Shown here one piece after another: positions 1-13,462 of a stretch of DNA of 64,000 bases. The stretch comes from Lingula anatina. Its lineage: Eukaryota; Animalia; Brachiopoda. The position numbers and the translations under genes are program-made. The stretch spans positions 2,271,721 through 2,335,720 of the forward strand of contig CM120648.1 in the NCBI GenBank assembly GCA_051362555.1. Direction: 5' to 3'. Every line of letters begins with the position of its first letter. The stretch's first letter is position 1. The notes below the pieces were generated by a model that saw only the letters and a program-made list of their open reading frames with translations, searched no databases and was not told the origin of the DNA.

Positions 1-1440
1 AATGGCGTGTAAGTCCTGCCGCTGCCTTACACAAACTCTTTTTATTCACCATGTTTATCAGCGTGTCAAGTTTGCATAGATTTCTTATTCATTCTTTTGT
101 CCCGATGAGGACATAGAGGGGAAAGAACCCAGTGGTAAGGCACATAAGTGGGGGCTAGGGTTAACTCTATATCACAGAATATTTATTTCAGGTAAAAATG
201 ATATGTTGTATTATTTCGTCACATTACACGCTCTTTTTCTTTTCTTTTATTGCATTCTTTTTGCGAGGGAAGGGGAGTCATTTTTTTCTTCTTAAATGGC
301 CACAATTAGTTGTGGCTTTATGCCTATGAGCAAGCTGTATATTGTCCCGGTGGTTGATAGGGAAAATCCGCGATACAATGAATAGCAGCTGTATGGGAGC
401 TTGTTTTTAACTCCAAACTATTAGAACAATGGAATTTATCGTTATTGCTCTATGTTCGAGTTAAGTCAGTTCGACAAACTATTCATAAACGCCCATGTTT
501 TGCCTACTGTTTTCAAAATCAGAAATCCGCTTTTACATTTATCTTACAGTATTTATATAATTTATAAATGGGATTTTTATTGCTAATAGAAATTTTAAAT
601 GTCAGGTATTAGTTATAAGTACATGTATCTATTATAATAACTGGTTTCTTTATGATTTATTTTCGCCAGATTAAGAAATACCCCTTTACTTGCTATGTAT
701 CGAGCGTTGAGAGGGTACTTTCATAGAAACTGGGGGTTTTACCGGTACATATCTAATTTCATTAAGAACAAGTCTTATTGGTGATTTTCCAACATATTAT
801 TATCTGAATGTGAATAAAAAATATGCACGTCTTAGTATGCTCAACAATGACGAACATATAGCGTAAGAATGACTATGACGAACAAAGAAGCATAGGTTTT
901 ATACAAGCAAAAAGGAGAAATAGAGAACTAATATAAACGAAACATTAATGGAACGATGACTGTGACAATGACCAATGGTCGACAAATATACATTACGTGA
1001 CACAGATAAAATACAAGTACAACGATAGCAGATAGCCAAAAAAATTGGAATAAGGAACAAATACTCTGCGATAACTACTCATGTTGTTACATATTTTTAC
1101 ACACGTATAAGAAAATCATTAAACCTTTACTACCATGACCTGCTACTTATCGTCTTTATTCAGTATGTTATTGCCCCCTGCGTTATATATACAGGAATCA
1201 GTTAGATAAACGCTAATCCAATTAGAAAACGGAACTGGGTGGACTTTTATCAAGTTCTGTGTTATTCGGTGGAGTGATCACAAGGATTTTTTTACCATTT
1301 TCTAAATACTTATCACTTCAAAAAATAATTTCCATCCTGTTTCTGAAACTTCTATATAGTTATATTAATTGACTCTTTACTGGTCACTCAATCACGTTTT
1401 ATGCGTTCAATGCCAAAACATTTTTTTTTGTACGTTGTAT

Positions 1441-4400
1441 TATCTGTGGGCACATGATTGAGTTGATCTCCTTTTTTCATATTCTGGTCTGCTGATTTCT
1501 GCGAGGAATGCAAGAACAGGACCGTCTATGTCTTTTCTGTCTTTCCATGTATAGCAGGTGAACCATCGCAAACAGCACTACAGTAATTAGCTATAACCAG
1601 AACCTTGTGAGGGGTCCCAACAGTTTGCAACATTTCGACAAACTTGTCGTATTTATCTTTGTTTTCTTGAGTCAGCTGGTCTCCTTTAGTTAGAACACCA
1701 AAAAGTGAAAAACGATCTATCGCCTATTAAAAAAGAAGATAACAACTAACAAAAGAAAAAGCGTATTTGTGTGTGTTAGTTACACGTACAACGTGTAAAC
1801 AACACCAAAAGAGTCTGAGAGGTGAAATAAGTTTACACTCACCTGCACCCAAAATTTCCTCGCATACTTGAGTCACAATACACTGAAGGCAGTTCCCCGT
1901 CCGCGCGCGGTAGCAACGAAAACCACTCGGTCAATGGGGACACCATCAACGCATTCGGGTATATCTTCTTCATTGTAGAGGAGGTCAAAAACGTTGGTGT
2001 TTACGGGTAGGATAACCCTGAGAACTTCTTCAAAACGGTTGGTAGGCATATTGCGTGGAGATAAACCGCACATATCTACGAGAACTGGAAGCTGTGCTTT
2101 TCTAAATACCTTTGTCGACGGTTCAGTCTTGCAACAAATCATACTTCTTTAGAATCTTTTAGGCGAGTTCATAGGAGTTGCCGCCGCACCTGGCGAGCTC
2201 TCTGTGTGTGCCAAAAAGTGCCATAGCGGTCTTTCCCTGTAGTCGAGTTGCCACTCCCATAGGCCCAAGAGTCGAACCCTGCAATGTTCTTTCCTGTAAA
2301 CTTTTTTGCTGAAACACATTGTTCAGGCCGAGAGAAGCAAAATTAGCTTGGTTGCTACTTCCGAGACATTGAACATTTTCAATGTGGCCGTCAATTTATG
2401 AGAAAAAATAGAAAAACGACTAGAACTTGAACGTTTATCCTATCAGAAGAGCACAACAGAACTAGTAAAAACACTTAAGCGCGTAACATTTAGCATAAAA
2501 CCGAAATGGCCGTCAAAACATATGACAGAAAGTGATAAAAGCTGCAAATTTAGTTCGTTTTTTGCATATTTAGCCTCATTAAAACCATACCTGTTTTTTT
2601 TTTTTATATATATTGATGTTAATTACGATATTTTGTTAGTCATGTACCTAAACACTCAGAATAAGCTTATCTGACAGTTCAATAAGGGGTGGTTGAGGGC
2701 ATAACCCCACAAGAGTCTGCCACTTCCACGGGCCTCATAGTCGAATGCTCCTATGTTATTCCCGTTTTTTTTTTTTAAGAATTGAATTCTTTGGGGCTAT
2801 AAAGGCCAATTTAATTTTTCCTTTCTTGCCAGTGGCTACATCTGAAAGATAGATCAATTTTCAAAATTCAAGATGGCCGTCAATAATATAAAATATATTA
2901 CAATTTTATTATACTATAAATAAATAGTTATGCAAAATAGCAAAGAGTCAGGGTTCAAAGTGCATGGTATTCCGCTTTTCAAATGACCGCTAAAACATAT
3001 CCAAAAAGGAAAAAAAGCAGTAAAATTGCTTTTTGAACTGACAATCTGCCGTATAATATGTATTTAAGTCTTTCATTTAATGACAAGGTGTACTAGTAAG
3101 GTAGTTATACAATCTGAAGGAAATTTTATTGAGGGCCAACAGGGGTTTCCGCAGGATTTTGGGTACAGGAAGTCCAAAAAAATTATCTGCAATCGGTGCC
3201 TCATTAACAGGGAATTCAACCAAGTCCGTCAGGGGGTGGGGGGTAAAATTAATGAATAATATATTTAACTATTGTCAAAATATTAACTTATTATTCTTTG
3301 TTTTTTATTGATCATTCTTACCTTAAATTATTGTCATTTGATGTCTTTATCACAACTATATTCAGTATGTATATAAAATTGGGCTTTAAAATTTTTCGTT
3401 CTTTTAATTAAGATTGGCACGTTTCAGACATTTTTTTTATTCAAATTACGTCAGTGCATAACAGCACTTCTAATTTGCCTAATTACTGCACTTTTCACTT
3501 TAATTTAAATAAAGTCAATAAACAAACATCTTACACATATATTTTGGTTGTATACTGACAGTCTTTAAAAACTTTGAGGCCATATTTTTCGACATAATTG
3601 TTGTTTTGAAGCCCTAAACTGGATTTTGCCTTGGCCAACTGATGACCAAAATAGTACACATGGCCAGAAATGCGCAGCATTCACGCGATACGCGAGGGCG
3701 CTACAGTAGGGCTTCACGTGACTCAACTAGCCAATCACAGCACAACAATGGCATCGCACACAGACTCTGTGATAAGTGCTCAGCCCATTGTCAAGTAGTG
3801 TTAGTTCATGGTAACAAGCGTAATATGATTGAAAATACTGATTGAATTCTTGGCCTTGCACTGGGCAGTTTCACGTTTGTGCTAAGTGCTTTCTTTTTGG
3901 ACTCCATTGTGCAGTGGTAAAAGTTCTTCAATTGCCATGAAAGTTTTTAATCAGACTCTGTATGGTGCTGCTGTCTGCTGGTGCTATCGGCAACGAATTA
4001 GTTTGCCTTTGTTTCTGAGTGAATCTACCGGCTAAAATCATTATTTCTAAAAATATGTGCGTTTTGCTGAGGGTAGGCTAGGCAATTGCTTCTTGTGCTG
4101 TACGACTGACATGGCGAAACTGGTCCCGCAAGTGATGCAACCTGATGTAGCGATCCTGGTCGAGAGTTAAAGTCATAATAACTCTTCGTTTTGGCCAAAA
4201 ATTGGATTTCCTGGAGTAAACGGCAATTTTCCCGTACTTACCAATGGTCAACGACCCCATTCCTACATTCAAAGTTAGTCCAGGTTTTTTTTTCCTAAAC
4301 GTTCTGTTTTTTGTTAAAATCTCTTAAGGGATTTTAACTGACGGAGCCCTCTCTGACATTGCATAGTAACGCGATATCGAGCGATATCTTCTGGTGACCT

Positions 4401-5985
4401 ACTTAAAACCGCGGGAAAAGCAGACAACAACAACACTATCTAATAACAATAATATAAGATTCATAAGATATATTCGTCTTAAATGCATCAAAATGCATTA
4501 ATATCTTCAATGTGTGCAGTTCTGGGCTTTTCGTTATCCGACGCACTACATACAAAAACTCGCAACTTACGCCTGCAGATGGCATCATGTACGTCTTTTT
4601 TTTTCATGGCGCCATATGTTATTTTGGTCTCGAATGAACGCGAGAATCCGCCTGACACGCCAACGTCATTGGCAACGGATGCCTTGACGACCGGGAAGAA
4701 AGGAATCGAAAGCCCTATTGACAAGCACAGATTTTAGTTTTACTACAATACAGCCGTTTTAGTGGTAAAATGCAATATAATATATTTCTATGCGTTGTTT
4801 ACAATGTATTTCTTGCAGAATTTTGAATCTCAAAGGAAGAGTTATTATTGCTTTAACACTCTCTCGCCCTGGACGTGGTCTATCGCAAACAGAGCCTCAC
4901 ATGCTGTGGCATTCAAACAGGTTCGGGAACAGTCCGTACGCATGACTATATCACTGTAGCTAAAATCGGACTCCCCCCCCCCCCCCCCCCCCCCCATACC
5001 AAGTGCCCAGAGACGCACGTTGTTCACGTGATAGACGTGACATGATTCCGTTCACTGGACTAACAACAATGGTTGCCTGTTTTGGGACTTTATATGGGCC
5101 TCCAAAACCAATCCTCAAAATGTGCAAATGCCCGCACTGAGTATTGATCTATGTGTATTTGGTCCACTTTCGCAGAAAGACTAACCCATGTGCAATGAAC
5201 CATGACATGGCAGCTAATCATTTTCTCAGCTACACTAGCACTAAGTCATCAATAAATCCACAATACATAAGTACAACTCCCCTAAAAGTAAAAATACGCA
5301 TACGTTCTTACCCCAAGCTTCCATTGATATTGGCAAAATTAAAAATACCACTACATGATGTCGATGGGTAGACGAAATAATTTAAAAAAATAGCTTGCAA
5401 GATATAACATAGCAGGCTTCAACTATGGGGCTCGTGGGAGTGGCAAATGGAAATGACACCTTCTGCCACCATCTGTTGAACGTCAAATAAGCAGTTTCTG
5501 AGAGTTTAGGGTCATGACTAACAAAATATCATAATGAACATAAATATACAGTGTGTAAGGGGAATATGCTTTTAATAAAACTAAATATGCAAAAAACGAA
5601 TTAATTTTGGAGCTTTTTACACTTTCTCTGTTTAGACGGCCATTTTGGCTTTTTTTACTGAATGTTATGCACTTAAGTGTATTCACTAGTCCTGCTGTGC
5701 TCTTCCGATAGGATAAACGTCCAAAGAAGCCTGCAATAAAGTATACCCGGCGACTTCTGGTCGTTTTTCTTTTTTTCTCATAAATTGACGGCCATATTGA
5801 AAAATGCTCAATGTCTCGGAAGTAGCAACCAAGCTAATTTTGTTTTTCTCGACCTGAAGAATGCATTTCAGAAAAAAAAGTTAACAGGAAAAAACATTGC
5901 AGTGTTAGCGTTCTGGCTACTCGACTACTGGGGAGTAGGACCCGACAGGAACTTTCTCCCACGTTTTGCTAAAAAAGCTCCCCAT
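1441..5985 (-). pseudogene. IFI44-like pseudogene (exon 2 ~1441-1723; exon 1 split into 1843-2239 and 5928-5985)
   Basis: Homologous to 35300-36743 (LPVLVDMCGL, FGVLTKGD, MGSFFSKTWEKVPV). It has frameshifts, a ~90-bp deletion of the P-loop segment and a 3.7-kb TIR element inserted in exon 1. Confidence 0.85.
2240..5927. mobile_element. Non-autonomous DNA transposon with ~450-bp TIRs (Academ-like)
   Basis: Ends TAGTCGAG...CTCGACTA; 2240-2690 is the inverted copy of ~5465-5927; 3-bp TSD CTG at 2237-2239 and 5928-5930; no transposase ORF. Confidence 0.8.
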
Positions 5986-6119
5986 GCTGGCTATGGTAGA
6001 CCAGTGAGGTCACCAACGATTTAGTTTTAAGAGGGCACGTAGTCTGAAAAGGGATATAATGTCAACTTCTAATCGTTTTCGGTGACACGATGAAGGGTCT
6101 TTGAACTAAAGAGGATTCC

Positions 6120-6270
6120 GCGGGGAGTTCAAACCGACTGGAGCTTTCTCTCACGTTTTGCTGAAAAGGCTCCACATGGTAGCTAATGTAGACCAGCGTG
6201 GTTACCAACGAGTTTTAAGAAGGGGCTTTTAAAAGGGAGACAACGTCAATTTCTAAAAATACGACTCGAA
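6120..6270 (-). pseudogene. Degenerate duplicate of the IFI44-like start exon and upstream flank
   Basis: Second copy of 'ggggag..aaccgac.gga.ctttctc.cacgttttgctg..aag.gctcc.catg', matching 5931-6030 and 36688-36865. Confidence 0.6.
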
Positions 6271-7004
6271 AAAGCCCGTTTTATAAACAATAACAAAGCA
6301 ATCATGGAATTTCCATATGATTCGGTTTCTTGCGGTTAAAAAAACCTACAAAAATGAAAAGTGTATATTCATTATATTGAGTGATCACTCAACCGCATTA
6401 CAAGGAAGTTGTGTCAATCTCCAACTACAGGTATCAGTAGGCCCCAGTGTTGTGAACCCTCATCTACTTGTGAAAACCCAGTATCGTAGACGTGCAGATA
6501 TATAAAATTTCTATTAACTATAACCCCCCCTCTCAATCCCATTTTTATTCAAACGAGAATAGATTGCAAGATTCTGATGGTTGTCGCTGATAAAGAACGA
6601 ATAATAACATCAATATTTATTGAACCGTTAAAGACACAGGATTAAGGACTGAGTGATCACAAGGAATTTTTAATTAATTTGAAAGGCTTATCATTTCAAA
6701 AACTAAATTCCACTTCATTTCTCATTTTGGAAACTTGTATTGTGATTATATTGAGTCTTTCCTAATCGCTCAACCATGAAACAAGGAACTAGTTATGCGG
6801 TTGAATGATCAGTAAAGTGCCTTTTCATGCAGTTGGGTGATCACAAGGACTGAGGATTGAGTGAGCACAAAGACTTTTTTATTATTTCTTAAATGCTTAT
6901 CATTTCCAAAAAGTTTTCACCTTATTTATCATTTCGGAAACGTGTATATTGATTATACACCCAAACCCAATATGGAATTGCAATTCACATTCCAGTGGAA
7001 TACT

Positions 7005-7350
7005 GTGAGATACTACAACTCCAAAAATTTCGAAAATTCTCGCTGTCAGTTTCTCCTTCGTCCATCTTCAACAGGGGCTTTTCTCGCGTCGTGATACCTG
7101 GGTTTTCTGTTGTAGGCACTGAATATTTTGTGCGCAGTAGACTGATCTAATATGTACATCAGAGTCGACCTACGGGGCACGAGTGTTGAAAATATTGTTT
7201 GCACAGACAAAGACAACAAAGAAAACTTCAATGTTATTTTATATCAGCTCTCTCACATTCGTTTCATTAAAAGTCACTCTACGTTCAGCCTTTGACGTAA
7301 ATCAGGAATACCCTTTACCTACCTCAGAATATATACGACTTAGGTTATAA
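7005..7350 (-). promoter_or_regulatory. Orphan copy of the family-B upstream/promoter block
   Basis: Aligns with 24130-24465 and 42155-42480 (gaaaattc.cgctgtcagtttc..., cgacctacggggcacgag..., tcagctctctcacattcgttt). Confidence 0.55.
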
Positions 7351-7961
7351 AAAAATTAAATAATGCACTTGGATTTTTTTATTTCTTATGATCTCTTTAA
7401 GTTTAAACAAATGGATAATATGATATGAAGATCAGACTCACATATACATTAGTGACATAAATTATGTCTTTGTTCACACTAACAAAGATTTGATGCAGTC
7501 AGTGTTAAATGTTATGTATATCTAACCCATATACCAAAACTTAGGTTTCCCGTCTATCAAAATGACAACAGTGTATTTGGAGACAAGGAATATTAAAAAA
7601 TAAATATAAAGGTCCTTTCTGTCTCCCTCGTTTAGGAATAACCATAATGCATATACAATACTTGAATACACGTTATTATTATTATTCTTATTACAATAAT
7701 TATTTTTATTATTATTTAGCTTGGTCCCATATCCTTCAAAGTATATTCACAGCAGGCACTTTTGCGTCTTAACTGGCGTTAACGAAACTGTAATTATCAA
7801 CCAATCAATGTATCTCGTCATCAAAAGGCTACGATAAAACAAATAATATATCTGCATTTAATTGAATTATGTTATAAAATACCATGCTGATCATTTCTGG
7901 CACGGAACTTGGAAGCGTTTTCCAGTTGTTTTTTATTCCATTTCCTTGTTAAACACACACA

Positions 7962-7999
<38 letters not shown>

Positions 8000-8338
8000 T
8001 ACATCATTGGCATAAATAAAGCCCGTCTCTCAGTGGTTCGCACATTTTTATTAAAATCACCACAGTTTCAGGAGGCAAGGAAAGTACTGCATGTAAAATA
8101 TTTAAAGTTCTATCAGTCTTTCTCGTTTAAGATTTAACTATCTCCGTATCATTGTTTTTGCTGTCAATATGGTAAGTGGATTTTACATGAAGGGAAAGGA
8201 AAACGTTTTTGTTCCTGTCTACTAGAGTAAAAAAAAAAACAATATAAATGTCCATCTTCTCTTGGGAAACTGATATCGTTCAATGTAACCCTGTGTAAAA
8301 CAGTTTCAAAATTACAAAAGGTGCTCTGTAGAATTGCC

Positions 8339-9187
8339 TCACTTCTTATCGGTTAAGGCTTCTTCAACGAAGTTCTTCATAAACCTCAATTGGAAGTTAG
8401 ATGGACTGTTGTCCACAGTGACCAAAGCGACGCTTCTAGACACTCCACTACGAGTTTGCTCTCCCTGACTGCGTCCTCTCATGTACAGGTCCTGGCCCTG
8501 TTGGAGGACACTGCCATAGATACTTTCGTCGTACAGGGTTTCACGGGGTGTGTTCTTTTCTCCAAATATGATTATCAGCACCGTTGCTGAAAAACAAATA
8601 TGTCTACATGTATATCATGCATATGGAATATTTTAATGGATATGCATTTTTAACAAAGTTTAGACCAATATACTTGTATAGCTAATTTTTATGACCGCCA
8701 GCGAAGTGGAATATTTGACAAAAGTACCCACCTTGAAAGGATCCGGCGTCTGTTATAAGTTCCGCAAAGACCGTGCCATCATCCAAATACATATGTCTGA
8801 TGTTTTTCGGAAGACAACAGATCAGGAGCTGACACTCTGGTGCTAACTTGTGACCCCTGTTAAGGAGGACGATATCTGGACAGGAATTCTTTCCGAACAT
8901 CGCCTGAAGTTTGTTAGCTGTCTCAGAACTCAAGACACCGACGAATGTTTTCTGTATATCTTCGGGACGATGAATGGCCATCAAATCTTTCTCCTGTAAC
9001 AGCATTTGATCGGCTTTTAAATTTACTGCAGTAACACATACTCCTACCATAACCAATATTTGCTTGTGCTTAATTTTAAGTAAGACGCAGAGTTAAAAGA
9101 GAGGGAGAGGGAGAGAGAGAGACTACAACTGAGCTTATCAACTTTTGGCTAAGGCATTACACTCATACGGCTTTTATTTATTTATTT

Positions 9188-9222
<35 letters not shown>

Positions 9223-9696
9223 TTGAATAGATTACAATAATTGTGGTCATTCCAAAAAGCAAATCAGTATTTCACATTATGTCTACATTATATTATATAG
9301 GGACTACATGTATTACAAACAACAACATTACAAGGGTACTGCGAGGGTGGTGCGATATTTATATAAGACACAGTAGTGTGAAAACACCTTCTTTATACTG
9401 AATCTTATGTATAAACCTAAAACTTTTCTGTCACAAAATTATAAAACCCGTATTCAGTCCCATACTTCACTGACAACTTACCGCAATAAGAGGAAGTATT
9501 TGCAGCAGTCGCAGAACGTGTTTTCGCAATATACCTGAATCAGTTGAATACAATTACTCTATAGTCTAATTCTTTATACTATACTATTTCAAACTTCCTT
9601 GATAACTTACAGTAATAGGAATTATCCCCCAACGTTCAAGATAGCGTATTTCTGAAATATTCCAATTCTTTCTGATGTAAGTACAAACAACAAACT

Positions 9697-9729
<33 letters not shown>

Positions 9730-10410
9730 AGAACCGATCACCGTGTTATTAATCTACACAATTGTATTGGTGACAATTATTTAAAAGCAAGTGATATTTT
9801 TTGACATAATGTACACCCCTTGTATGCTTCTATATATTTTGAGACTACTAATATACGCATATATGTACAAACCTCGACGCCAAAGGACGCAGCAAATTAC
9901 AGTTCCACAAGTCAGTGCTCCGAATGCTACCCAACACCATCTTGGTACTGCTGCGACATATGTACACAGCTAAAACAAAAAGTAGATAATTTGCTCTCAT
10001 GAGATTAATGTCCGGTGGTTTAGGTCCTACTCACGCTTGGCTGTCGCTACAGGTACATATAGGCTACGCTAATATTTAGTGTAGGGCCTACAGTCTATGG
10101 CGTATAAATTATAGCGTAAAATTTTCTATAAATGACGATTTTGATTGTTTCAAATAGTCAAAAGCACTACCGATAGTGTCGAATTCTAAAGTCATTTTAG
10201 TGGCTTTTAGGTTCATTAACGGGAGAGCAAGGCGACGGACGACCCTGCTTGTCCTTACTGGGCCGCCAATGGGCGAACACACGATTAGTTGACGTAACGA
10301 TCATGAACGCGCTCGCCAGCTCTTACCCCAGCTGCTAGTTGCCAGAATGTCTTTCTCCAGTCGTCGCTTGCCTGCCCCGTACCAGTCCTGGCGTCCTGCT
10401 GATCTCCCAT
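8339..10410 (-). CDS. Family B copy 1: single-pass membrane protein with cytoplasmic alpha/beta (TIR/SEFIR-like?) domain; exons 10327-10410, 9873-9969, 9482-9534, 8732-8993, 8339-8586; 247 aa
   Basis: All four introns are GT-AG with phases 0,1,0,1, giving an open 744-nt CDS. TM WCWVAFGALTCGTVICCVLW is followed by RR. Exons are conserved in three paralogs. Confidence 0.8.
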
Positions 10411-10481
10411 AGTCGTGTTGATGTTTCTAGCTTCAGGTAGATGGGCTAGACTGTGCAAACTGTAGGACTGTCTCCAGATAA

Positions 10482-10858
10482 GGCCACACTTTTTTATTTT
10501 TATGGATGACATCCTGAGCGCGCACCGATTTTCGTTCGTTCTTCGGGGAAAAAAAAAAAAACGAAGCCTGTTGTCGCAAACGCCGTTATTGAATTTGCCG
10601 GAAAATGAACTTTCTGCTCATGTGTATTATCGCCACATGGAAATATGTCCGCTTTTTGGTCAAATTCTAGGTTTACTTTCAAATTACACGACAATTAAAG
10701 TCATAATAAAGAGAACTGGGGCTGTCGTTTAGGATTGGTATGCCATTGATATTAGGCATGGAGATATCACCTTTTTACAATTATACGAAAGGCTGGCGGC
10801 GGCCATCGATTATTGCCCGGAACATTTTTGTGACATTCTGTCCAAAGCAGCACATACC

Positions 10859-10905
<47 letters not shown>

Positions 10906-11526
10906 TAGCGAAAAAAAGGGTCGACAAGGGCGTCGAGGTATTTGGTGGGCTGAAGGGCGGACAGGCCACCAGACAGTTTGGCATCCCTGTGTGAGTCGAA
11001 GTAGAAAAAATGGCGTCGACGGAAATGACCTTTAATAGATTTGGTAGGCCCTACTATATTAAGCATATCTTTGAATCATTTTTTAAACATTTCTGTGAAA
11101 TGTTCATAATGCTTTAATATTCTGAGAGTACAAATAAAGACACACTGTTTGTTTGATATTTGTTTTATTGATTTCTATACATGCACCAGCAAAATGCATG
11201 AAATAACCTTAAACAGATTTGGTAATAGGGCCTATGCAGCATATCTATTCATGACTTTTACCATTCTATGAAGTATTCACAATGCTTTAAAATAATATTT
11301 TGAGAGCATGGATAAAGACATATTGTTAGTTTGATACGTGTTTCTGTGGTAAATTTGTGTTTCCAGCTGTGTACTGACAGCATTACTTTACTTAAGCAGT
11401 ATTTATTTATTTATTTATTTATTTATTTTTTTTTTTTTTGGGGGGGGGGCTGTTTTTTTCCCGCCGTCTCGCACCCATTTCGGGGTCCCCAGAGGATGTC
11501 ATCCATAAAAATAAAAAAGGGTGGCC
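10482..11526. mobile_element. PIF/Harbinger-type non-autonomous element ~70 bp upstream of the B1 ATG
   Basis: TIR GGCCAC(AC)TTTTTTATTTTTATGGATGACATCCT; TAA TSD; second copy at 38034-39030. Confidence 0.85.
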
Positions 11527-12689
11527 TAATGTGATATAGTGTGATATGCTTTCTGTTTCGTTTCCTGTTTCGTTAAATATTGTCTATCTTCTGCAGGGAC
11601 TTTTTGCACGCCATACCTGTAGGCCTATGTCTGGTTTTTTTAGACGATAGGAAATTGAATATATATATGAGTGCGGTCGGCTGATCCACGATGTACTTAA
11701 CCTTGCCGACCTACGGGGCACGAGAATTTAAAATATTGTCTGTACACACAAAGTCAATAAAGAACTGTCCTAGTTATTTTATATTAGCTCTCTCACATTC
11801 GTTTAATAAAGAGCCTCCTCTGTTCTGTATTTCGGGTTAGTCAACAACACTCATGAGCTATTTCAGTAAATAAACGACTTATATAAAATATTTAAATTCA
11901 CTAGAAAATGTTCATCGCAACGATCTACTAGTACATGGTATCATATAAGTAGAGAAAGTAGGCCTACTTCTGTGATGGTATGTAAAACCGAAACCAAGAA
12001 GAATGGAAGATAACAATTACTAGAACCTTTTGACATTAAAAAAGGACGTAAATTTGTAAGGACGCGCCAGTTTTGAGCTTTGTAACAACATAATTAAAAT
12101 TCAAAATAAAAGAAAAATTATGAAAATAAAAAAGAAAGAAAGAATAGAATTGATTCAACACATTGTGTCCTCGTACTTGAAATTTTCAGAAAACATTGCT
12201 TGAGTTGCTACCTGCAGCCAACTACCGCAATCGCCATCCTCCTAGGCTGTGTCTCCTCTTGGACGGTAGCGTCATCTGGGACCACCGATTGTAAACAAAA
12301 CAATGGCGAATTGCGAGGCAGAGGCAGCCTCACCTCTTCCAGGGCGACAGATTGATTTTCCACAGATATTCACAGATATGTCTCTAGATAAATAGACAGT
12401 CATTTTGGTCTGATACGCTTTAGCCAAAAATGTCAACAATAATAGCTGCGGCCCTGGTAGAGGGTAATAATACCTAGTGATCTTCATTAACCAAGTAAAT
12501 TTCAATCAATCAACTGTGAAAAACTCAGGTAGGCCCTAGACACTGAGTTAAAGAAAACACTGAGCTCAATATTTTTTCACTTGGATAAAAGCCACTTTTT
12601 TGTACATGTGCTTGTGTTCATGTTAGGCACGAACGGAAGGGAAAGTCGGGGGTGTGAGGGCTTGCAGCTTATAAAAAAGGTATAGACCA

Positions 12690-13462
12690 TTGTGTCTATG
12701 TTCTTAGTTATTTAGAACCTACATGCAAAACTTATATTACTTTGGTTCACTGATGTGGATTGAACAGCTACATGTACATGGGTGTTCTTGCTTGTAAAAT
12801 GAAATCTTGAAGGCCATTTAATGTGGTCTTGAACTTGTTTACGTGGCACAGATCTAATTCTGTCTTTAACGTGATTATCACCCACTGAAGTTCAAAGAAC
12901 AATGCAGTGGTCTTAATCCGTACACCAAATGGAGTTTGTCCCAAGTTATCTTGGAGTTTCTAGGTGCAATAGGGTGTTGTTTTGATTAAATAAAGAACTA
13001 TTGTGATGCACTCTGGTGGGTCTCCCTGTGTTTTTTTAATATAAAAATTATTGGGAATAATATTACTCACTGGCATCTTTTCATGCATTGATTGCAGCAT
13101 GCCCCTCACTTGTAAAATGTACTCTCGAAGATGATTCAATATATTAAACATCAACATGGGCGTGGTCACTTGTGAAATGCACTCTTGAAGACCATTTAAT
13201 AAAATGCATGTCATCTGGCCATGAACTTGTTCACGCGACACAGTTTTAGTTTTGTCCTAAATAGTGATCATCACCTGTTGAAGTGCAAAGAACAATACAG
13301 TGATATCTTAATGCGTAATCAAACTGTACTTTGAAACTGTTGTGCATGACATTCGTGATAACCTGTCTTGACATAATAACCTGTCTTGTAATAATATGTG
13401 CCTTGATTTGTGCCATCTCCTTTTTAACTACACATGTCATACAAATAAACTGGCAGCTCATC
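12690..13462 (-). pseudogene. Relic 'C': decayed exon-like region with internal repeats downstream of the IFI44-like copies
   Basis: Acceptor tttacag at 13462; recurring LNxLxExIxQ motif; internal ~385-bp duplication; paralogs at 26030-28487 and 33393-33962; stops and frameshifts. Confidence 0.4.

Noticed and set aside
10740-11066. Poly-Lys/poly-Phe ORFs
   Set aside because: They come from a poly(T) run inside a Harbinger element.
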